The notes beneath the pieces were generated by a model. It made no database searches, was not told where the DNA came from, and saw only the letters and a list, made by a program, of their open reading frames with translations. Both the position numbers and the translations under genes were made by a program. From the NCBI RefSeq assembly GCF_000315625.1, contig NW_005434390.1, forward strand, positions 1 to 33,506: DNA of 33,506 bases, written 5' to 3'. Within the stretch, counting starts at the first letter, position 1, and each line of letters starts with the position of its first letter. Below are positions 1-10,006 of the stretch, one piece after another. Origin of the DNA: Guillardia theta CCMP2712. Taxonomy: Eukaryota; Protista; Cryptophyta.

Positions 1-223
1 ACGAGATAGAAAGGAGCCAAGCAAAAGAGGAAGAAGGGAGGAGGAGAGGTAACACTGCAGCGAGAAGTGGAAGGAGGGGACAACAGGAGGAGGTAGCAAC
101 AGGAGGTAGAGGGTAGGGAGAGGGGCAAGGAGAAGGAGAAGGGGAGGGGAAGGTGGAGGTGGAAGGGGGGAAGAGGAGGGGGAGGGGGGAATGGAGCTAA
201 GAGCAGAAAGGAAGGGTTCTTAC

Positions 224-1105
224 TTAGCATGAGCAATGTTGGCCCATCGAACCAGGAGCCAAGGGTCCAGGTCACGAACAGCACGCCCACCACCTGCCCA
301 GCTGGTGAGGATTTGGGATGTCAAGATCGTCAGCTCACCTTGCCAGCAGTCATGACGTCCTCTCCTCGGAGAAGCTCCGAATACCACACGATCGCTCGGT
401 TGACATGCTCCACAGCCTTCTTGGCCAGCTCCGGGTCCACCTGCAGGGGTTTGCTGCCCTTGCTCATGAGTGCCTCGGCACGGGAGGGGAGGGGAGGGGG
501 AGGGACGAGGAAGACGAGGGGGAGAGGGGGAGGAGAAGCTGCGCAGGAGGAGGAAGAAGGGATGAGGAGAGGGTGGAGCGAGGAGTGTAGGACGGAGAAA
601 GGAGGAGGGAAAGAGAAAGGAGGGACAGGCGAGGCAAGGATGGGGGATGGAGGAGGGTGACTGCAAGAAGCAGGGACAGTGGGTGGGTGGGGAGGGGGGG
701 GGGGGGAGGGTCGGACACACCCTTGCGGCGTGGACTTGCCCTGCCATCTCGCCACCAACGTCATCGCGAGGCTGATGAGGAGGTGGGTGAGGAGGAGGAG
801 GCTTGTGAGGGAGAGGTAGGTGTATCCTCTGAAGCTAGTAAGCACGTAGAGGACGATGCCTGCCCCTAGCGCTGCTCCGCTCATCTTGGCATCTTTCCAG
901 TAGATGAGGTCCACAACTACCACCATCGTCACTGATCCACAAGCCTCTCGTTGCGCTTCAAGTACCAGGCTTAGGGAGGCTGCGCAAGGGAGGGCGAGAG
1001 GTCAGAGCGAGAGGAGCAACAGCAATGCACAAGGTACCTGCTGTCCTTCTTGGTGAAATCAGCATAGTAAGGCTCAGAATCGTCTCCTGTCTTGGACTCG
1101 ACCAT
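224..1105 (-). CDS. Reticulon-family ER membrane-shaping protein, multi-exon, 3' part continues left of 224
   Basis: ATG at 1105-1103 (MVESKTGDDSEPYY...), GT donor at 1037. Exons give VVDLIYWKDAKMSGAALGAGIVLYVLTSFRGYTYLSLTSLLLLTHLLISL (typical reticulon DL+YW+D start plus hydrophobic hairpin), LQVDPELAKKAVEHVNRAIVWYSELLRGED and VVGVLFVTWTLGSWFDGPTLLML (GS.F...TL motif), ending at a GTAAG donor at 223. Confidence 0.8.
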
Positions 1106-1570
1106 GTCTGCTACTTCGCATGAGCAAAATTCTTACGTCTCTACTCTCCCTTTCCCTCATCGTTTGCCCACAGAGCACATGCAGAAACTTGTCGTGAACG
1201 AATCATTCCCATCTCTATTCATTCCATCGCCTGGAGCTGTCCCATACCCTTCTCTCCTACATCATCGCGTGAAGCAAGGCTATCTGCTTCATGTTTGCTC
1301 TGCCCTTCTCTCCTCCTCCTCCTCCTCCTCTCCCTTCTTCTGATACTGCCCCATCGCCCTCCTTGTTCCGGTTCTCCTCCTCCTCCCTACCCTCAACCAC
1401 AAGAAATTCGGTCAGGAAGAGAATTTTCAGGAATGAGAAGAGAAGATGGTATTTCAAAGTGAAATTTCAGACACAGACCAGATGACATAAGGCTGATGAA
1501 ACTTGAGAAGAGTTTGTTGGATCTTTTGCTTCTGTCCTACCATGTTCCCTCCCCGCTTCCTTGTCCTTGA

Positions 1571-1677
1571 CTGCCCTGCCCTGCCCTGCCCTGCCCTGCC
1601 CTGCCCTGCCCTGCCCTGCCCTGCCCTGCCCTGCCCTGCCCTGCCCTGCCCTGCCCTGCCCTGCCCTGCCCTGCCCT
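1571..1677. repeat. (CCTGC)n pentanucleotide microsatellite, followed by a CT-rich low-complexity tract to ~1970
   Basis: About 21 visible tandem CTGCC units; source of the spurious LPCPA/GQGRA ORFs. Confidence 0.95.
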
Positions 1678-2280
1678 ACACAATTTCTCCTGCCTCTCTC
1701 TCTCCTCAACGTTTTGAACTTCTCTTGTCTCTTCTCTTCTCTTGTCTCTCTCCTTCTCTTCTCTTCTCTCTCTTCTTCCCTTCTCTTCTTCTCTTCTCTT
1801 CTTCTCTTCTTTTCTTTCTTCTTCTATTTCTTCTTTTCTTCCCTTCTCATCTTCCCTTCTTGTCTTTTCTTCTCTCCTCTCTCTTCTCTTCATCACTTCT
1901 TCTCTTCATCTCTTCATCTCTTCTTCTCTTCTTCTCTTTTGTCATTTTTCGCTTTCTCTCTTTCTCTTCCCCCGTCCGTGTTGCACCAACAGACCTTGCT
2001 CGACCCCAATGCTAATGACCCCTATTTTAGTACCTACCCCCACTTTTTCTTTACAAAAACTCACCCTCACCCCCATTATTTCGATGAGTACCCATCATCA
2101 CCCATGTAAAATATGTTTAATGAAGGGGTATCAATTCAAATAATACACCCCCTACCTACTGACTAGGAGTGTCTTTCTGCACATACCCCAGGTCTTTATA
2201 CCACCCCTCAGAAGCCCTCTGATTTCAAACTACGACAAGCCAGCAAGACAAAAAGGAAATGAGGGGGATGAATCAGCATA

Positions 2281-2826
2281 GTGCCCGGCCCGGCCCGGCG
2301 GCCGCGGCGCCCGGGGCCGGCGGGCCCGGGCCGGCCGGAGTCTCATGATCCGTGGCAGTGCGCTCGGGGGCCGGACACCGTGGCCGCCCGGCCCTTGCCG
2401 GGCAGGAGTTCCGATGTTCGGACGGTTCAGTGCCTCCGTCCGCCGGCCGTCCCGGGTACACCAACAATGGGCCGCCGGAGTTACCGTACAGTCGGACACT
2501 TCAATTACCGTAGTACAGGCCCGGAGCCGCGGCCGCAAACTTGAAACTTCAAACTTCGGAACAAGCCTTGAAGGGATCTGATCCGATCACCGATGATCAT
2601 TACTGCGGCAGCCTGTGCGGTGACGCCGGGCCGGGGCCGGCGCTCCGGGACCGTACTCGGGACTCAGTGAGTCTAGCTGTGCTCCGACCGTGGCAACTCA
2701 GTTGATCTACTACAGTACTGAGGCTCTTTTCAACCGGGCCGCCGAGACCTCCGGGACCGTCCGACCGGGGACCGGCGGTGGCCTGGGCGCCGGGCGACCG
2801 TCGCGCGGTCCCGGCGGGCCGAGGCC
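2281..2826. other. GC-rich palindrome-dense intergenic island (continues at 4368-4440 after the LTR insertion)
   Basis: Dense CCGG/GGCC/CCCGGG/GCGGCCGC words, GACTCAGTGAGTC (2662) and AAACTTGAAACTTCAAACTT (2537); no credible ORF. Confidence 0.7.
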
Positions 2827-3157
2827 TGATGGAGCGTATGCCAGCCGTGCCAGTCAGATAGCGCCGAGTTAACAAAAACTCTCCTGTAAACCAAGACGAC
2901 TTACGTGTTTTGCGAGGCGGCATGTAGTACGTGTGGACGAAGAGGGGTCTTTCCTAGCCGTCTTGCTAAGGTCCTCTCATGTCTGGATGCTTGGGTCTCA
3001 CATCCTAGCATACAGTCTATCTCTCATGTGCTCCTCAATTCTGTTTTTGTGTGCATTAAACTCGGACTTGAGCAAAAACTGTCTTGTTACAACGAAGGTC
3101 GATGTGATATCTGCGTGACTTTGGACTAGTACAAGTCTAACAAACTTGTATTCCGTC
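2827..3157 (+). repeat. 5' LTR
   Basis: Matches 4037-4366 at an offset of 1209; ORFs 2905/4114 and 2933/4142 translate identically. Confidence 0.92.
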
Positions 3158-3168
3158 GGTTATGAGCC
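3158..3168 (+). promoter_or_regulatory. Primer-binding site (GGTTATGAGCC, Copia-type, initiator tRNA-Met fragment)
   Basis: Lies directly after the 5' LTR; matches the GGTTATG(A/G)GCC PBS known from Copia elements primed by a half tRNAiMet. Confidence 0.8.
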
Positions 3169-4028
3169 TCGATTACATGCTCAATCATGTTGATCTTATG
3201 TTTGGTTAGTTGAATTGTTTACTGGAGTTTTTTCTTTCTTGGTGTTGTTTCCGTTGCTGTTGAAAATTCATGCAATTCTATCAAGCCTTACACATTCGGA
3301 TGACTCCTCTCTTCAATCAGGCTCTCTCTCTAGCCGCAAGTTGTTTAGGCCTCTCATCTCAGCCTCAATTTGTTTGATTGATCTTCGAATAGGAAAAACA
3401 AGCCTTTCCCCAGCCAGATTGGTCGGTCGAATATCTGCTTAACCGTGTGGAAACGCACTTGAAGCTGATTCGATTCTTATTTTAATCTTCTTGATCTTTG
3501 AGTAGGATCAAATGGAACTACCAGGAGATCTGGCGGAAGTTTCATGTCATGGAGCTAGGCTGTGGCATGCATAACTGGAGCTACTTCTGGATCGGCGAAC
3601 AAGGTACTACTGCACAACAATCTTCAGATGCCTTGAAACGGATGTTCCAATCTCGCGGCAGCAATCTCTGGTCACAAGTTCTTTACGGTTCAAAAATTTA
3701 TCTTTTGGTCTTCAAATGCCGGCGGGCACGCTCTCTCTCTCTCTCTCTCTATCTCTCTCTGTTATTCTCTCCTCAGACTCTCTTATCTTATCCTCCTTCT
3801 CTCGTCATTGCATCAGCTCGCCAGGCATCTCCCCTTATCTCTGCACTGCACATCTAATAGCCCTGCATGAAAATCTTCTTCAGAATGGACAATCTTTGAA
3901 TGGTTATTGCCCACTCAGCATGACTGTGAACTTGACGTTGTATCATCGTATCTTGACTTGGATCTGCTGACATTCTCTTGTTTGAGTGACTTTCTGACGT
4001 CCGATGTAACGTACTATTTCAGAAACTC

Positions 4029-4036
4029 GGGGGGAG
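4029..4036 (+). promoter_or_regulatory. Polypurine tract
   Basis: GGGGGGAG directly before the 3' LTR. Confidence 0.75.
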
Positions 4037-4367
4037 GATGGAGCGTATGCCAGCCGTGCCAGTCAGATAGCGCCGAGTTAACAAAAACTCTCCTGTAAAC
4101 CAAGACGACTTACGTGTTTTGCGAGGCGGCATGTAGTACGTGTGGACGAAGAGGGGTCTTTCCTAGCCGTCTTGCTAAGGTCCTCTCATGTCTGGATGCT
4201 TGGGTCTCACATCCTAGCATACAGTCTATCTCTCATGTGCTCCTCAATTCTGTTTTTGTGTGCATTAAACTCGGACTTGAGCAAAAACTGTCTTGTTACA
4301 ACGAAGGTCGATGTGATATCTGCGTGACTTTGGACTAGTACAAGTCTAACAAACTTGTATTCCGTCA
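4037..4367 (+). repeat. 3' LTR
   Basis: Copy of 2828-3157, ending CCGTCA and followed by the TSD AGGCC. Confidence 0.92.
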
Positions 4368-4468
4368 AGGCCCCCCCGGGAGCCGCAGTGACTCAGTGAG
4401 GCGGGCCCGAGTCCCAGGCAGCGAGTCGGGGGGACGAAAGTTTGTGGCACTGCTTCCCGCCTTTTTTG

Positions 4469-4599
4469 CCTACCCCCCACCCTCCCAATACCTACTACAT
4501 ACTAGACTACCCCCACCCTCCCACCGTCAGTGTACCTACTACATATCAAACTACCCCACACCCTCCCAATACCTACTACATATCAGACCACCCACCACC
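4469..4599. repeat. Degenerate ~37-45-bp tandem repeat (about 3 units)
   Basis: Recurring CTACCCC..CCCTCCCA..TACCTACTACATA(T/C) units. Confidence 0.7.
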
Positions 4600-4786
4600 C
4601 GTGGGGACAACTTCGTTGTTTGTGGCATGTCGGCGAGGGAGCAGGGCGGGCGAGCGGCGGGGACTATGACGATGAGGCAGGGAGGGAGCGGGAGACAGGG
4701 AGAGAAGATGTCGTTAGCAGCAGAATCGAAGCTCTAAGGAGTGAGTTGGAAGGTTTGAGGTTACAGGCGTCCGTCAACAAGGACAA

Positions 4787-6330
4787 ATGGAGGGAAGCAA
4801 TCGAGATGTTGGGGAGGAAATAAGTAGATTAAAGAAGAAGGTTGAAGCTCTGCAGGAGGAACGAATCCGTGAGAGACAAGAATCATACTGGAGGAATGAT
4901 GCTCTGCTAGATGAAATAATGGAAGCAGCAAAGAGGAATCAAGCTCTGCAGGAAGATCGAATCCGTGAAAGACAAGAATCAGAGAAGAGGAATCAAGCTC
5001 TGCAGGAAGAACTGATCGACTCAAAAAATACAATTAAAACTGTTCTCAAAGTACTAAGAGAAACAAAAACAATGATCCACGCTCTCCAGGTCGACATGAA
5101 GCAAAGTATTCAAAAATTGCTGTTCAAGGCACAAATGGCGGACAACTTACGATTCGCCTACTTCGACGACCTTGGCTCTGATTTGGTCAAGCTTCCAAAC
5201 TCTCCTGCTGTATTCGGCCAGCGCGTTTGCTTTACTTTCTTCCAGCATGCATTGACCTTACCTGATCAATGTGTGGGTCATAAAGCATCAGACTGCAAAG
5301 ACCGCAAGGAGGACCACGTCCAAGACAGCCACAGAGACGTCGGAGCATACGACATAGATGGCCGTAAGGTCACAACCTCATCGGTGGTAGAGAGAGCGCA
5401 TTTGATCCCATTCAGCCAACCATGTCGGCTTGACTGGTCGACTGCTGTGCAGAATACCCTTCCTGAGGACATGCGGTCGCATGACATGATTGAGAAGGTT
5501 TTGTTTGGGTGTTACGATCGAAGCGGGAGCTACATACCAGGCATTGCGGAAAGCTCGATCAACTTCATCTATCTCTATTCACAACGCGAGCACTTGGACA
5601 ACAAAGCAGCTCTGATGTTGATTCCGTTTCTATCTCCTGAGCAGCAATTCGATTGGAACGGTGAAGGGTATGACGCGATCCTAATCTGTGCACATCAGAG
5701 AGTCTATCATGAAATTTATTTCGAGCTTGATACTGGACCAGTCCGGGCAATCAACTCAGAGCACAATCATCACGCGTCACAGGTTGACGAGGAGTCTCTC
5801 CTCCAGGAGATCTACAAGCCAATGAGGGAGAAATATTTGATTCCCAGCGTGTATCAAGGTAGTGTTGCATTGTATGATGTATAGACCGTACCAGTGAGCG
5901 TGTTCTAGATGACAGGCAAAAGCTTCATCAGGCTCTAGAGTACATCGAGACCCTGTTGAAAGATATTTGCGTGGTCAAGTGCGAAGAAAGCTTAGCAAAG
6001 CTACAGCAGGACGCCAATATCTGGACCGATGTCTTGAAACGTGACAATCTAGACAAGGTTGCGGCGTGTGATGATCTGAGGGAGAAGTTGAGAACAGAGA
6101 GGATGGTGAAGGTTTTCAAGGGTCTCAAGTCTGAACCTGTACCCGGCAAGCTTGCATGTTTTCGCGTGATCAAATTCAAAGCCAACGGTCCTGAAGAGGA
6201 GCCTCAGCCAGCACACACGGCCCCGCATCCTCTTCTTCTCTCCCTTCGCTCGATGAACTCAATCACCAATCATTTCTACGGAGACTTGCCAAATGGGAAA
6301 TCCAGCATGCTTCTTCTCACATCCTGTTAA
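4787..6330 (+). CDS. Coiled-coil protein with HNH-like (HNH_2-type) nuclease motifs; possibly a pseudogene
   Basis: Exons 4787-5858 and 5909-6330 join in frame across a 50-nt GT-AG intron. N-terminal repeated ALQE(E/D)RIRERQES coiled coil, then VERAHLIP, GIAESSINFIYL...HLDN and C-terminal APHPLLLSL, resembling the AH++P / N+I+L..(F)D / P.P.LL motifs of eukaryotic HNH_2 proteins. The frame continues past the TAA at 6328. Confidence 0.6.
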
Positions 6331-6739
6331 ATCGGCATGGAGGAAGGGATGGTATTCTACTGTGAGCATTGCTTACGAAACAGGTGGGGCCACCATTGTG
6401 CTGAGGAAGGAAAGACTTCTGTCATGGGACCCTACGGTCCTGAGATCCATTAGGAATCCAGCTCGTCGATGTGTGCAGACAATAGTCTTGAGGCGTCACA
6501 CTGTGCGGCCAAGCTTGGTGGATCGGATCAACGAGTATCCTCCGACATGAACCAAAAGTTGTCTCAAAGCAGCGCCCGCAAGTGATGTCCCATGAGACCT
6601 TCCTGGTTGTTGAATCTGTGCCTTAACAAAATAAACTTAGTTCTGGGCCTGCACAGCGTGCGGCTCAACCAGGAGCATGATCCATGGCCACTGAGCTGCC
6701 GCACCGAGTGCAGGTGGATAGCGGAGTTGTGAGCTTCTC

Positions 6740-8400
6740 CTCTATCCGCACTCTTCTGACCTCCGTCCTGTGCAGCATCTGGTAATAGGAATAGGCGAAA
6801 GCAGAGTCAGGATTCCTTCCGTCATTACACGCATTTCACAGGTTAGCTGCAGGATTGATAGGACAAACTTGTACCACTGCTGCCTCCGTCTCGGCCTCCT
6901 CTCCCACTTGCTCTCTGCTTCTACTTTCGGGCATCCTTCCTGTTTCTCCTTGCTTCCCTCCTTCCTCTCTGGACGCATCAGGAGGTGCTCAAGTGTTCTC
7001 AGAGCAGGATGCAGCTCTCTGCCATGGTTGATCGTTGCGAGCAGCCATTCCTTTACCTTGGGCGCAGCCGTCCTCTCCTCTACCGTGCTTGACCGCCCTT
7101 CCTCCCCCTCTCCTTCTCCCTTCAGCTCCTCGCTCCTCGGGGACAAGCAAGTGTAAAACGTTTTTTTTGTTTGCGGAGAGGGAACGAGACGAAGGCGAAG
7201 GGGAGGATGAGAGGAGAGACGAGGAGGGACGAGGGAGGGAGAGGAGGGACGAGGAAGTAGAGCAGAGCAGAGACAAGGAGATGAGAGGAGGTAGGAGGAG
7301 GGACGATGACGACTCGAAGGGCACCATGTGAGGTTGACTTCTTGGTTTGTCTTTGTAGCTCAAAGGAGATCTCATCTCGTCTTTCAACGTACCATTGTTC
7401 TGATCTTCGTGTGGCGGCGACAGTCTCACATTGATGTACTTGTCGACCAGATCTCTTAGACTTGGCAACGCATGACCTGTTTATCATTCTCAGGTGATTG
7501 TATTGGCTATCTTCATCATCATATCAGGTGCTCGTATCGGCTATTCCTATCCTTGTCCTTGTCAAAGCGTCTCATCTCAATCATTTGTCAATGCAGCATC
7601 TTGCCTTGTGTGCTGCTCGCAGTTGAATGGAGTGTCTTTCATTTGACCAAGGGAGAGCACAGGGACATACCATCATAACAACAATGGCTTTCATAGGAGA
7701 TGTCAAGATGAGTGTTCTCTTTCCTGGGAGTTGCTCAGCGGGGTTGGGATGCTTTCGTAGAGGTGTTCGAAGATCTATGATGCTGAAAGGAAGTGTTGAC
7801 TTGATTTGTTGACAACGAAATAGAAGCGCGTCGGGACGATTTCGCACGCCGATGATGTTCAACTCAGTGTCTTGACATGACATGACACACCTTGCACTAG
7901 TGGGGGGTTCTGCAGGTTCCGTCGCCTTCTTCCTCCTCTTCCCTTGCTGCCGGTCTCCTCCGTTTCAGGCCACTCACGATCAGCTGTGCGTGTGTTAATC
8001 CATGCTGACAAATCAGAGCGAACTTTAGCTGCCGGCAGCAGCTCTCGGTCAGAATCCTCGGGTCTCCAAGACAAGGATCAGTCCACTTGTTGCTTATTAG
8101 AACAAGTCTGTTATGATACAGGGAGCGTCTTGTTGTCCACACGCTCTCGCCGAGCCTGCGACCTGAAAAGGCTTCCGTCCCACCTCGTTGCTGCTCATAG
8201 AAAGTTGGAGGGGCAGCAAGAACGAGACTCCCTCTCAGTCCCTCAGAGACAAAAACCTTGTCCTAAGAGGCGCCGACATGGGCAGTTGCGAAGCTACCTC
8301 TGCAGCCCTCCTACCAGCAACAAGCAACGAGATAACAGAGCGATCTGTGGGTTCTCCATGACTTGACCATGCTCGGCTACCAGCTGCTTGCCGCATGCGT
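6740..8400 (-). CDS. Probable multi-exon hypothetical protein (exon structure unresolved)
   Basis: Several minus-strand coding-like segments (7859-8074, 7581-7883, 7326-7468, 7056-7146) separated by GT..AG and microsatellite stretches; no recognisable domain. Confidence 0.3.
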
Positions 8401-10006
8401 CATCTTAGAAGAGAGGGAGCGTCACTGCTCGCCGTTCGCTTGTTGCTACCCGACCATGGCGCCGGTTGAAATGTAAAGCGGGGAGGGGAGAAAGCCAAGA
8501 TGGTGATTTTTCAAAATACAGAGAGAGATTTGAAACATTTCAGACATTTTTTTACCCTTGTAAGGACATTTACTACAGAAGCTGTACCCTTTTAAGAAAT
8601 TCGATATCAGTACAATTTATTTGTACTAGATGTGATAGAAAGCGAAGAAAACTGGTACAAATGTTTACTCACATATAATTCCCCACCCTGTTGCTGTGAT
8701 CTTTTTTCTCATTTCAACTTTTCTCGTGGGGAAGAAAGCTGGTCAATTGTTCACCCAAAAAATGAATATAAAACATTTTAAGGTGTTAAAAAACACTTGT
8801 AGCTGACCTTTACACCCACCCCCTTGGGTCTTCCATTCCTTTGCAGATGGGGTTTGCAGATGGGGGGTGGGGTATATCAGTCATAGACCAGGCAGTGCTC
8901 TAGAAGATTGAGAGCCTGAAATGTACGGGGGAAACGAGAGGGTGGGGGGTGACAGGGTGGTCTCTATATTGAACCAACAACATATCAGCAGATAACGGGT
9001 CCTCCCCCCAGAAGAGGGGTGCTCCGTCGGAACCGAAACTGATGACATATAAGGCGAGTTATAAAAGGGGGTGGTGGTTTCAGTTGTAGAGTGAGAGGGG
9101 GGTTCGAGCTGGATGAATTGAGTCATGTTGACCATAATGTGGAGGGTGGGGTACCAGGGTACGTGGAACCCCACCGGGTGACCCCAGAAAAAAAAATTTG
9201 AACTTTTGGATTTTTAACTCCATATAACAGTTTTAGAGCTACAACACATTTTTAAGTTACCAAGAGTAGGAAGGTGCCGATTCGACACTTGAGTGGCATA
9301 ATTATACAATATTTGTAGAATATTATACATAAATAGTATAATTATATCAAAATTTCACAAAAGAATAAACTATTCAAAAAAATTGCTGTGAGTCGGTTCA
9401 GTTCAAAAGGTCAACCACTTATTGACTGCGAGGACCCACCCCAACCCCTCCACCCACCCCCACCTCATACTCCTCAAATCCAAATTCTAACAAGCACCGG
9501 TACTTGACACAGACCACCCACGGTCGCCCAAACCTGACAAAGTCACTGTTGACTCTCTGGAAAAGTACCCGTGTACCACATGACCCCTACCCCACTAAAG
9601 TTCGCTTTACATCGCCACCACCCTCCGCCGCTTTACCTAAACATTTACTACCCACCCTGAGCAAGAACGTTAGGATTTTTTTTTTACATATAATAACACA
9701 TAGTTTTTTTATCTCACTTTATAATCAGATTTTCATCCCTTATAACCTGGTCATTCCCGACGCCCCCTTCTGTCCCAGCCATGGCAGCTGCCGTGTGAAC
9801 GGGAGCGCTGTCTTCATGGCGTATGCGAGATAATCTCCTCCCTCCCTCCCTCCCTCCCTCCCTCCTCCTCATCTGATTCCTCTCTCCATTCCATCCTCAG
9901 CTCTCTCCGTACTTCACCTCCCGCATCTTAATTAAGTACCCCTCCCCCTCCCACTCGTCCCTTTCGCCCTCTTCCTCCAGAGGTCCTCTGAGAACCTCTC
10001 CTCAGC

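Larger units (their letters stand above)
2827..4367 (+). mobile_element. Non-autonomous LTR retrotransposon (Copia-type PBS; TRIM-like), 1541 bp
   Basis: Direct repeats 2828-3157 and 4037-4366; outer termini TGATGGAG...TTCCGTCA; 5-bp TSD AGGCC at 2822-2826 and 4368-4372; GGTTATGAGCC PBS at 3158; PPT at 4029-4036; ~880-bp internal region without gag/pol ORFs. Confidence 0.92.

Noticed and set aside
1467-2143. Long ORFs (LPCPA, GQGRA, Phe/Leu/Ser-rich)
   Set aside because: Translations of microsatellite and CT-rich DNA that lacks stop codons.
3169-4028. Short ORFs inside the LTR element as gag/pol remnants
   Set aside because: No zinc-knuckle, protease, integrase, RT or RNase H motifs visible on either strand.
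4469-4599. Repeat units with short variable stretches, superficially CRISPR-like
   Set aside because: Only about 3 degenerate units, no unique spacers of constant length, eukaryotic context, and no cas genes.
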